Positions 1 to 12,500 of a DNA stretch of 64,000 nucleotides are shown here, piece by piece. Positions within the stretch are counted from its first letter, which is position 1, and every line of letters begins with the position of its first letter. The translations under genes and the position numbers were made by a program. Origin of the DNA: Enoplolaimus lenunculus (Eukaryota); contig JASANG010003711.1 in assembly GCA_030248215.1 (NCBI GenBank), positions 372,001 to 436,000 on the forward strand, given 5' to 3'. A model generated the notes under the pieces. It saw only the letters and a list, made by a program, of their open reading frames with translations, ran no database searches and was not told the origin of the DNA.

Positions 1-520
1 GATGATGCTCAGTTTTTTTCACGCCAGCCACTCAGACCTAAAAATCGTCGTTTTATGACAGCCCCATCCATAGCTTTGCCAAATACAAATGAAAACAGGA
101 TTACCAAGAATGTCTGGGACCGCTGTAAATGAACTCAAAGAACTGCTCCTAAATAACTCAACATGACATGAGCTTAATATATGTAGTTAATATATCTGGC
201 TATGTTGTGCATTTCCGAACCGGATCCTGATGTCGATTTTTTGTCGGATGTTAAACTGGCACTGGAAATCCGATAGTTTTTAAAACATACGTAAGATTGT
301 TTGATGGAGTGCAGTTAGTAGAAATATTTGGGTCGACTAGGATCTTTCCATTTGTCCTGTTAAAACATATTTTGTGCTGTTGCTGTTGACTATGTAACTT
401 TGTCAAAGGTTGTTTAACGCATTTAAGTTTAATTTTGTTATATATCTATCGCAAGTACTTATGTGTATATATCCATAAAATTGTAACGTATATATTCACG
501 TTTGCATTAGTAAAACTTAG

Positions 521-3500
521 ATGACACCAACCCAAGCTGATGAATCTTGTTCTACGACGGAGCCAACAACGTCACTTGCTCAGCGGGGAGTATTGGCGAC
601 TGGTAGTTCAACTTTGAATGATGCCAATACTGCTTATCTTGATGTCGAAACTGTACAGAAAGAGCTGTCCAGCTTATGCGCAAATCTAAAGCTCGGTACA
701 AATGTTGAAAAAAGTGCTCTTCATTTCTTTCAAATCGTATGGCGACAGTTTACGCTCGAGGTATGTAATATCGTACGCCTCCGGTTTCGACGGAAAATCA
801 AGCTCCGTCGCCGGTAAAATTTCTGCTGGAGGTCCCGGCAATATCGGTAGTGGAATTCGGCACAGTTTTACAAGTTTGATAGTTCGGTGCTTTCGTTTTA
901 ATTTTTGGTATGTAATATATGTATATACAATTTTGAGTAAAAAATTACCCTAAAATATAAAATTTAATTGTTCTCTGAATTTGTTTTATTCGTGTTCCGA
1001 CCGGAATGTCCGCAAAAAGTCAGTTACGTATATAGAATTTTTACAGGAACCGGATGCCGGATATTTAATATATATTAAAAATTTATTTTAGCGTGCTCCA
1101 GGTTTTCGTCTGTTATCAAGTTCATATATAAGTGCTGCTGATCAACTGAAATTATTTAATGCAAAATTGCGTTTAACTCTCGCTCGCTTACATCACTTAA
1201 AAGTTTCTGAAAATGTATCGAAACTATCCTCATGACGTACCCAGAAATTTAGTCGCAGCAAGATGGTTAAAGACGCTCAATTCTAAAAACAGTTATGTTA
1301 TTCGACACTACAACCGTAAATATGCGTTATCCGGGAAGTTTATACCGGAATCGGACCTTGTTTTGACGCAAATTATATATTAAGAATAAGCTTAAAAATA
1401 AAAATGAAGCCGGAATTTTTGAAAGTCCAATCCCGATCCGTATTCCTTCATAACATAAACCTGAACTTGGTAAAAAATTTATAAAATAAAATACTTTAAA
1501 TTTTTAGGACAAACTGTTAAATTGTAGATTTTGTATTTGTCAGGGCCACGAAATTATAATCGTGGGACAAGAGGCGTAGCCACAGATTGAAAGTGAGTGT
1601 TTAAGGCCTGAACAAAATATGTACGTGTTGAGTCTGAGTTTACAACTAGCGAGTCCAGAAGTTTCTGGTGCGGAATACCTTATATGCCCATTGAAATACT
1701 TCACCGATTGTGCTCCCCTCGAATAGCTTCGAAGCCACTCTGTTAAGTTCGTTCGGTCGGTCTGTCTTGTTTTGTTTGACGGTTGTAAGCCCGCAATCTG
1801 GGATCAACATAGTTGTTGCACCATCCCTACTCTACATGCGGGGTTTCAGACACCCCAGACCCACGGTGCGACCGGATATCCGGTTCTGGTTTATTATCCA
1901 GCAAAAACTGATGTACCACGCCGGCTTAGGGTGGGATTACCGATCGCTCAGACAAAGAAGGAATTTTTCCATGCACGGCTCAGGCAATGTCTGTTTTACT
2001 TAATGCACCAACGACTTGGAATTCCGCTGGAACTGTTCTAATATATACTGGCTTCTCCACGGCGGGGCCCCCGAGCATTTTTCGAAATTTTCATTTTCCC
2101 CCGGCGAAAATTTTGGCGCCCCCAGGAAAGGCCCCCCGGCGAATTTTTGGCCGCCCCCCAGCATTTTTTTTGCTGGGGGCCCCCCAGGACTTTTCTAAGC
2201 CAAAAATTTTCAATGTTAAAACATAAAGACCTGGACTTTTTTGAGGCGGACATTCGGCAAAATGTGATTTTATATTACGCTGAGTACTCATAATTTTTTA
2301 ATAGCGTTACAAATACCGGTAGTAACTAGTACAATTCAATAATGAACTTAAAAAAGCACCATTATAAGACCGTTTCAGGGCATACAGCATTCGAAAGTAC
2401 CTTGCAGCAACAAGTTCAACCCGCCTGAGCCTTATGATAAACTGAAGCTGTGACTAATATATAAAATATATGTTAATCACAGTTTCAATTATAGATTATC
2501 TATATTTTAATAATTGTGCTTCTTTCAACTTCTGGTAAAGTTGTCAGTAATATTAGTTAACATTATTGTTATTAGCGTTTGCTGGGAACTTTTGTCATGT
2601 TGAGCGATGAGTAATCTTCAGTTGAGTTGGAAACACGATCTAGAATAAAAAATGGTCCAAAAAGTCGGCTTGCAAAATTTTGAGCCTGCCCCCAGGACCC
2701 CCAGATCATCTGGGGGCCCCCAGGAAAACTGCCCCCCAGCAAAATTAGCTGCCCCCAGGAAACTCCTGGGGGCCCCCCCAGGAAACGCCCCCCGGCGGAA
2801 ATTTTCAAGCTGTGGAGAAGCCAGATATACATACCCTAGCGATGCGACCGAAACGTGTGTGATTTAGTCGATAATACATGCAGGGATTGCGGTCTCGGTC
2901 AAAACAGCGAGACCGTGATCGAGACCGAGACCCAACCTACCAGACCGAGACTTTTAGTCTCGGCCGATTTTTAAAATTGCCGCCAAAATTTTTTACTTTA
3001 TTTTTCACTTGGCTACTGTCGCCATACCCTTCGAACAGGCTAGGGACAAATCCCAATGTCTCAAAACACCCTCGGTACAATCCCTCATCAGAGATATAGT
3101 GTTGTTTTTGCTCCCGGGCAAACCGAATAGACTGCAAAAGTTTTTAACATAGCCTGACGTTATAACTGCGGGTGACCCAAAATTTTTTAAACGATGTCTT
3201 AAATGATTTAAACGCGAAAATGCAACTATTTGTGCATAGTCACAATATAATTTCAAAAATTAGAATTTTGGGTAACCGGAGCGGTGATTAGGCTTCTCAA
3301 ATCGTTGTATAACCACTTAGCGGTTCTCCACAATCGTTCGCTGTCTGTGTTTGTAGACGAAATACGCAAGTACTTCCGGGCCAAAGCTGCAATCCGAGAA
3401 AATTTTTGTGATTGGTTATCATTCTTTCACCTCTTTGATCTAGGGTTTGCAAAAGACCGAGACTGAAAAAAGGGAGACCGCGATCGAGACCGCCCATTCC

Positions 3501-6500
3501 TGGATGAGAGCCTCGGTCTTGGCAAGACTTGGTATTGGCAGGTCTCGGTTTGGATTTTTCAGTCTCGGTACAACCGAAACCAGAAGTCGAGGATTCACCA
3601 AATATATGGCTATTTCGCTGTGAATTCATGAATTTTCGTAGTTACGCAATAATTATGAGCAGAATCCGAAAACTACGTATATTTAGCATTGCTTAGCTTT
3701 TTAATGAGCCTTCTTCTAAATCTATGGATTTTACCATGGTACAAAGTGTAACTGGATATCGGAATGGGAACAGCAAATTTATACCAGTATCGGAAATACA
3801 AATTTTGTGACTATACGGAGAATTTGTATTATGAAATATAATATAAATTTAGGAAGTCTGTTGGCTGTCAACAATTTTCAAAAACGTCGTATGAACAAAT
3901 GGGCGAATGTTTTTCTGGTTCTGTAAAGCTTAACTACTATCAGTTTTTATTATTTTCAAAATAAATGATGGAAAATTTTTATGCATTGCAATCGAAATCG
4001 GAATTTTTTGCACCCTGGTTTTTGCATTCGCTCGGGCCCTCATAGTCACTATAAAAATGTTATCGTTCAAACGTACTTTGTTCCAATATAGCCGTAACGT
4101 TTTGGTTTTTAAACTGAAGTGTGGTTTTAGGGTAGCGCTTCCCAGTGGATTGTATGTGCTGTGTACACGGCGTATTATTTGCTCCGATCGAGCGAAACTG
4201 ATTTGCCCGATTTGACGCTGGTCGATTTGCTGAAGGAATGTCGTGTAAAGTAAGTATGTTTGAAAACCGAGCGCGATCTATAAGTTACGTATTTATATAT
4301 AGCACTCAGGGTGCAACCGGAATTCCGGTTCCGGCATTTTTTCACCTTCCGGTTCCGGTTCCCGTAAATTTTTACCGGATTTAAAAATTCCGGTGTTATA
4401 ATTTGGCCGTTTTCTTAACTTTGCAAATTTTTAAGAATCTCTTTTGAAAGCCACTTGTACTCCGAATATATGCCATTGATGGTGGATTTCGCTCATCGAC
4501 GACGAAAATCTAAAATACAACAAATAAAATAAATACCTATGTTCGACTACGGTTACTTCACAAATAATAGAGCAAAAAATAAGATTAAAATGAAATTTTT
4601 GGTGAAATGTATTTTTCACTTTACGGTTTCGGTTCCAGTTCCGGTAAATTGTAATTCCGGTTGCACCCTGATAGCACTAGATTTGTTTCCTGAACCGCAT
4701 AAAAATATAGGAGTCCACTTTGTTCGAAACCAGGAAGAGAGCGGATATTCAGCTCCGGTTTGATATTCGGTAAAATAACGGCATTCGGTATAAACCTATT
4801 ACGTATTATTATTATTATTATTATTATATATGTATTATAATAATTATTAGTGATTGCCGTGAAGGCATCGGATATTTTTTCATATCCGGATATCCGAAAT
4901 TGAATTTTCTATTTGGGATATCTGAAACTCGATTTTGTGTTCGTTGGGTTTCCGAACATCAATTTTCGTTTCTTAGGTGCTTGTTTTAGCTGGTTGCTCT
5001 AATGAAACTGCACTGACTGACAAGGTGATTGTTATGAGCGTAAAACATTCAATTCTAAAATCGTTATTTATTCTGCAACTGCCTCAATAGTTGTGGCCTG
5101 GGATGATGGTGGAAAGTTACACTGTAGGGACCTTACCATTTTAATTTCTGGCGGGGAACGTACGCCCGCCCGCTCTAGCCTTAATATATTGGAACATAAT
5201 GCTGATCACCGAAGGGTTTTTGGGATCGAGAAATCAGAATAAATTTGTCTATAAACCTTCAAGTCCGATAATTAAATAGTTAGCTAATAGTTAATTTGCA
5301 TATTTGCATAATTAGTGGGCTAATAGCTAATTTACATATTTGCTTAATTAGTTAAGCCAGAATTAGGACTTCTCGAATTATTTCACTGATTGTTAGGGTT
5401 TCAAGCGATGAAATTCAGTACTAAAGGGTTTTCGGGCGCGCTGGTAACTGAATAGTTAGCTAGTAGTAATTTGCTTACTAGCTTGATTAATAAGCCTAAA
5501 TTAGGACTAGCCAACAGCTAATTTGCATAGTAAATTAATTAGTTAAGCTAAAATTAGTAAATTATCTATAAACCTTCAAGGCCGATAATTAAATAGTTAG
5601 CCAACAACCAGGGTGCAACCGGAATTCCGGTTCCGGTTCCGGCATTTTTTCACCTTCCGGTTCCGGTTCCGGTAAATTTTTACCGGATTTAAAAATTCCG
5701 GTATTATAATTTGGCCGTTTTCTTAACATTGCTAATTTTTAAGAATCTCTTTTGAAAGCCACTTGTACTCCGAATATAAGCCATTGATGGTGGATTTCAC
5801 TTCAGTCGATGATGAAAATCTAAAATACAACAAATAAAATAAATACCTATGTTCGACTAAGGTTATTTCACAAATAATAGAGCAAAAAATAAGATTAAAA
5901 TGAAATTTTTGGTGAAATGCATTTTTCATTTTCCGGTTCCGGTTCCGGTAAAATTTTCAAATTCCGGTTCCGGTAAATTGTAATTCCGGTTGCACCCTGC
6001 CAACAGCTAATTTGCATATTAGCTTAATTAGTTAAGCTAAAATTAGGACATTGTGTCAGTCCGTTCATCCGTCCGAAAAGAATCTCAGGAACCGCTGAAC
6101 CGATTTTGATAATCTTTTCTTGTTTGAAAGCCTGTTATCCTGTGGTGTTACGTACCTCGCATTGATGTTTTAAAATTTTAAGCCGTTTATTTAGCTACAG
6201 GCTAATATGCGTTATTAGTTAAGCCTAAATTAGGACTTTTTAGATATTTCACTAATTATTAGGGTTACAAGCAATCTAATTTTAGCAATATAGGGTTTTG
6301 GGTGCGAAGAATCTAAATAATTTGTTTTCAAACCTATAAAACCGATAATTTAATAGTTAGATAATAGCTAATTTGCGTATTAGCATAATTGATAAGCCTA
6401 AATTAGAACTTTTTGTTCACTAATTTTAGGAGTATAAGACTATAAGCAATCAAATTTCCGCAATAAAGGGTTTTTGGTACGAAAAATCTGAATAAATTGT

Positions 6501-9500
6501 CTACAATCCTTCAAAACCTATAATTTAATAGTTAACTAATAGCTAATTTGCATATTAGCTTATTTGATAAGCCTTTAGGGCTTTTTGTAATATTTCACTA
6601 ATTTGTAGGGTTACTGAAGGATTTTTTGGGTGCAAAGAATGTAAATGAAATGTTTGTAAACCTCCAGAAGCGGTAAATGAGTTGTTATCTAATATCTAAT
6701 TTGCATATTAGGTTAATTGGTTAAGCCTAAATTGTTACTTTTAGTTATTTCAATAATCATTAGGGTTACAATGGATCTAATTTCAGCAATAAAGGGTTTT
6801 TAGGCGCGAGGAATGTAAATAAATTATCTACAAACCTTCAAAATTGATAATTTAATAGTTAGCTAATACCTAATTTGTAGGGACGGTCTTGTCTCGGTTA
6901 AAAAAGCGAGACCTTGGCCGAGACCGAGATCCGAATAGTTAGCTAATAACTAATTTGCATATTAGCTTAATTGCATAAGTGTGTTCGACCTTCGCTCAAT
7001 ACATGTAGTCCCACTATGACTTGTTTACTTTTAACTTTTTAATTGCTTTTGATTAAAAATAAAAATTCAGACTATTAGAAAGCTTATTATATCAACCGAA
7101 TGAAGCTGTTTATTGACTAAACGGAACAAGTATAAGCCATAAATTTAGTACTTGACGGAGCGTATTCGACGCAAATTTTTCACTGGGCTACTTTTGAGAT
7201 ATAATTTAAAAATTACGAAGTTATTCTACCGATGAATATCAGACTAAACTGAGATTTTTTGAATTTTGGCATTTTTAAAAATCAAGACTTTAAATCATCA
7301 ATCATCATGGGATAATTATGCAAATTTTTGACTCAGGGTTGAATACAGAATTTGTTTTCGTCAACTCCACTACTTTAGTGGTGAAACAATGTAAATTCTA
7401 TGTTTTTACACAATAGCATTTCGGATATCCGGATATACGTTTCATTTCGGATACGCATCCGGATATCCGGTAAGCATTTATAATAATTATACTGCATTTT
7501 CGATGAATTTAAACTTGCGTTTTTCATACATAATTAAAATAAAAAAATCAAACTTGATGATTAATTTTAATTCGGCAAACACCGGTGCACATCTGCTGCA
7601 TTCAAATACTTCGAACAATTAAGCCAGGTTGGCATCAAACCCATGATGTGACCGATTCTGATTCGGATTAGATTCCATTCTAATCAGAACCTTAACTTTG
7701 AAAATTTTTTCATTCAAATAAAAGTAATATTTATATATTAAATTTGTAATCATTTAACAGGTTGGCCTAACAAACCCTATTTTATACAGGCAGCGGAAAC
7801 ATGTAAACTTTGAAATATCTAATGTAAACTTTGAAATATCTAAACCAGAATTTATTGAAACATTGATTGAAGTTCGAATCCGAATACGAACCTTCTATTT
7901 TTGCCGAACGGAAACTGAATTCTAACTTTTGTTGTTACCATAATATTCTGTTAACATTGGATTTCGATAAAAACACTACCCTTCTCCGGTATTCGGTAAA
8001 TTCGCATCCGGGCGCACCCTGCACGGGAACTATAGATTTCAGATACTTATAATTGGAAATCATTGTGTATTCAGATTCCCTCGTCATTTAAATTTTCGGA
8101 AGATGTTTTAGATGCCATTGTTTTATTGTTCAGCTGCTGAAATATGTATAATTTTTTTGCCGATATTGATTCCTTTTGGAATGTGTGCCGATGCCGATAT
8201 CGATGTCAGGTTTAATGCACGATGTTTAATGAACCGTCTGGCTTTTACCTACTACATTACGTTTTACGTTATTATATACAATCTCCTGATCAGCCCACCA
8301 GGGTGCAACCGGAATTACAATTTACCGGAACCGGAACCGGAATTTGAAAATTTTACCGGAACCGGAACCGGAAAATGAAAAATGCATTTCACCAAAAATT
8401 TCATTTTAATCTTATTTTTTGCTCTATTATTTGTGAAATAACCTTAGTCGAACATAGGTATTTATTTTATTTGTTGTATTTTAGATTTTCATCATCGACT
8501 GAAGTGAAATCCACCATCAATGGCTTATATTCGGAGTACAAGTGGCTGTCAAAAGAGATTCTTAAAAATTAGCAAAGTTAACAAAACGGCCAAATTATAA
8601 TACCGGAATTTTTAAATCCGGTAAAAATTTACCGGAACCGGAACCGGAAGGTGAAAAATTGCCGGAACCGGAACCGGAATTCCGGTTGCACCCTGCAGCC
8701 CACTGATATATGCATGCCAATAAGTGATATTGATAGCATTTCAATTCATTGCTAAGTGAAAAAGTATCGACAAATATTCGGTATTTTTTCAGTGTCGATT
8801 CCAACAATTCGGAAAAGTGTGATATTACCGATGCCGATTAATTGACATGTCCCTTATATGTGTGTGTTTCAGCCTTCTCGAATTTTTTGACCGCGTGAAA
8901 CGGTGGGTAGCTATGATACCAAACAATCGAAGAATAGAACATAAGGTTGGTTTGAGCTTTATTGAAGTAAATATGTATAATTCCGTATGACAAGACAAAT
9001 GTATATATACGCTTGGGAACTTGTTTTCTTCTATGGTATATTGCTTCTGAAGAAATAGCACCAGTATTTGATTCCTGTGCACTGGAAAAAAAACTGGGTC
9101 CTGATGGAGCGGCTTTAACCGGGAGTGGCAACTGCGGGAGATTCTTCAGTGGGGGAATTTACCTACAAAATTATTGTTTTAAGGATAATAGCAATTATCT
9201 ATGCCTGATCGCTCGTATATAATATTTAAATACACTTTACACGCTTCTTATCTATTACATTATAACTGATGAATTATACAAAAAGTGTGTTTGACGTCCA
9301 AAAAAGTTTAATTTTTATTGCTTAATACTAAATTGCGGTGCAAACTATCGGCTTGGGGGGGCTTGAACCGGGGGCATATCGAAATTAGGGGTTGGGCTTT
9401 GTGCAACTGGAGCCCTCACCCCTCCGCTAGTTGGGAACTGTCAGGTTTAAAATCAACTCTCCAGTCCTGCTACTGTGTATCCGCAATTTTAACGTTTGGT

Positions 9501-12500
9501 GGCCGTCGTGAGAGCTTACGCTCAGTGTGGGATTTAAGGTGCGTTGATTAATCTGCATCGGCAATAATCAACATTTTTCGTTGGCCCAATCACGAGCAGG
9601 GCTTGGCTTCTTCGAAGGTGCCTCTGGGTTCAACGTGGCCTAAAGAATTTGACAAGTGGAGCTTTTTAAAAAGCCCGCTTTTCATTATCAAAATACCAGT
9701 AATGTAAAGTATCGGCATCGGCGCTGCGTAAAAATTTCCAATTTGCTGATATTTTTCCGCTTAACTATGAATTAGAATACTTTCAAGTTCATTTGCTGGC
9801 GTATATATCCGTGCGTTTTGTTCCTTGCCTTCGTGCTGAAAAAAATGATTGAAATGATATATAGTGATGTACCGATGCCGATTCCAAGTTTAACCCTGGA
9901 TGCTTAAACAACTGATACGATTGCAACATTACATCATTATAAAGGTGAAGACAACGGTTCATTTCAATTAATTTTTAAACTCAACCGTAACAGAAATAAC
10001 AGTTTCCTGATGAAACACATTGATATACATCAAGAAGTGAAATTGATAGCCTTGCAACTCTCTGTTAATAGAAAGATTATCGGCAAAAACGGTATCTTTT
10101 TGCAGTGCCGATGCCAATACTCGCGATAAACGACGATAATATCTGTGTCAATTAATCGGCGCAACTCAAGAAATACACCGGTTTCATTGAATAATTACAT
10201 ATATGTAGTCGTGTACGACTGCTTGTAATTTAGTAATAAGGTTCTTTAAGCATCATTGCACTAAAATTGGTAGCGGCAGCGGTTTGGCATTGGCAAAAAA
10301 ATTTGGTAGCGGCACATTAGTATCAAATTACTTCCTTGTTTTGATTATTAGAATTTTTTGTGTCAGGTGCGTAGAGTGGAAGCCAATTTTGGAGTTTCTG
10401 CGGCGTTATACAAAAAGTATGACATTATAATGCGTGATGTGTTCAATATGTGCCAGGATTTATCAGCCGATCAGGAGAAAAGTTGTGGTCATATAACGCC
10501 TACAAAATCAATGTTAGATGTCAAACGACGGTATGTAATTGCAAATTGACTTTGGCCCTATGTTTTCAGAAGCTAATGTGCCGTTTCCAGTATAAAATTT
10601 ACCTTTACTGCTAAATTGTTGTAATGATCATTTCCTTTTGTTATGATGACCAGTTCTAAGCTTCTGATTCTGATTCAAGTTCCAATTCCGATTGCAGATA
10701 ACCAGAATTGTAACTTTTCATTGCTTGAGTCGCCGACTTAAGTAAATGTTTAACTTTTTGAGCAAAAACAAGTTGACGTCAAATGCGAGCCGTTGTTACA
10801 GCAACAAAGCCATTGTTATGCTCTATGTTAAACAGGCACTATGAATCTAACAGTGACTTAAGTGTTTACTTACTGTAAGTACACTTTCATGAGCGAGAAA
10901 ATGGTTAAGTAATTGTTTAGCGCAAACTTGAGTACTAAGTCGTACATAGGTGTGGTTTCAGAAACCCAGACAACGTTACTGTCAGTGGATAGAGAATGCC
11001 AGTTTTAGTTGTTAAAATGCACTTCAGTGAGAATATATTAATACGTATTTAAGGAGAGTAGCGGGTGCTGTTGCAAAGAAAAACAAAAAGACCCCAAGTG
11101 ATTGCTTTCGTTTTTGTTGGAAATGGTTTGTTTACATTAAAAGTAAGGAACCGATCGCTTCTTGCTTAAAATTAAGTTCCGTGTGCTTCATGGTTGAGTT
11201 ATTTAACCACGTTGTGTCGTTTAATAAGCAGGGTAGAACAGAATTGTGAATTCGACAACGATTTCGATTCAAAACCTGTGCCGATTCCGATTGTATGTAT
11301 AATTGAACTGAAATAGCAATTTTTTCGTTTTGTTTTCTGCGGGGGGGGGTGAAAAAATTTGCTGGCACACATAATTTATACTGTACTGCAAATTGTAGAT
11401 GTTTTTTAGTTTATATCGGAGCTGGACAACAGTCGGGGTCTCAGTTTTGATGGGACTTAGATGTGAGGGGCAACCTACTCTCCCTAGGAACTCCAGCCAC
11501 GACTTGGATGCCACTGGCAGGGTGCAACCGGAATTCCGATTCTGATTAGAACCAAAAACCATCGCCAATTTGTTCATGAGACTTTTTTGAAAATTACATA
11601 TTGCCAGCTAACAGACACCTTAAATCATCATTGTATTTTGTCAAAACAAATTATCCGTTCAGTTGCAAAATTTCTAGTTCCGCGTCCGATTACAATTCCG
11701 GTATTAATTTGCTGCTCCGACTCAGGTATAATCCAGTTCCGCTTTGCACCCTGGCCACCGGGTATCCCGTTATAATGAAAAATCCAAGCTAAGAATGGAT
11801 TTTAATTCAGTAAACATATACTTTTATGCGCATCAATTACTTTCAACAGTGCTCGTACTTACATGCTATATAAAGTTAGTATCCGATTCCGGTATAATAT
11901 TCAATATCCGGTTTTCGGTCAATTTATATCCGGTCGCACCCTGTGTATTCCTGCTATTTTGTTAATTTATAGCTTAAATATTGCTGCATCCGGGCCCGGG
12001 TATTTTCACCGACGAATTCTGGATACGGGTATTTATTTTAAAACGCGCTTAGAATTGCATCCGCGTCCGGTTACTTTAGTATTTTCACTGAAAAACCCGT
12101 GTACGAGTATTTATTGAAAATGATGCAACTTTCTACTTAACCTAATTTGTTGCTTGCTTGCTACTACTCTGTTTTGATGGTGTTCGTATATTTTACATGC
12201 TTAAGGTACTTTTGATGTTAATGACGACCTGGTTGGTTCATTTCATTTGCTGCTTTGCTGCATTGACTATTTTTGTGTTGATATCTATTACAATGGCACT
12301 CGTGATCTCATTAATGAAGAATATCAAAGTAATTCTATATATATATATAATATTATATATATATATATATATATAAATATATATATTAATTTTCCGGTAC
12401 CGGAGCCGCATATTCAATTTAATACCGGAGTCGGATGTTAACCGATTATAGGATCTAAATTTTGTGCAGTTAGAAATATTTGAGTCGTGCAAAATTATGT

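Noticed and set aside
1987..2867. Cluster of Pro/Gly-rich short ORFs (also at 41020-42068)
   Set aside because: They come from the G/C-run ends of the 775-bp element, and the frames differ between the two copies.
5190..7024. Regularly spaced repeats resembling a CRISPR array
   Set aside because: Whole units are repeated with no unique spacers, the context is a eukaryotic intron, and no cas genes are present.
4431..8572. Repeated 62-65-aa ORF MKNAFHQKFH...
   Set aside because: It lies inside the MITE copies, so its recurrence reflects element copying; no transposase motifs.
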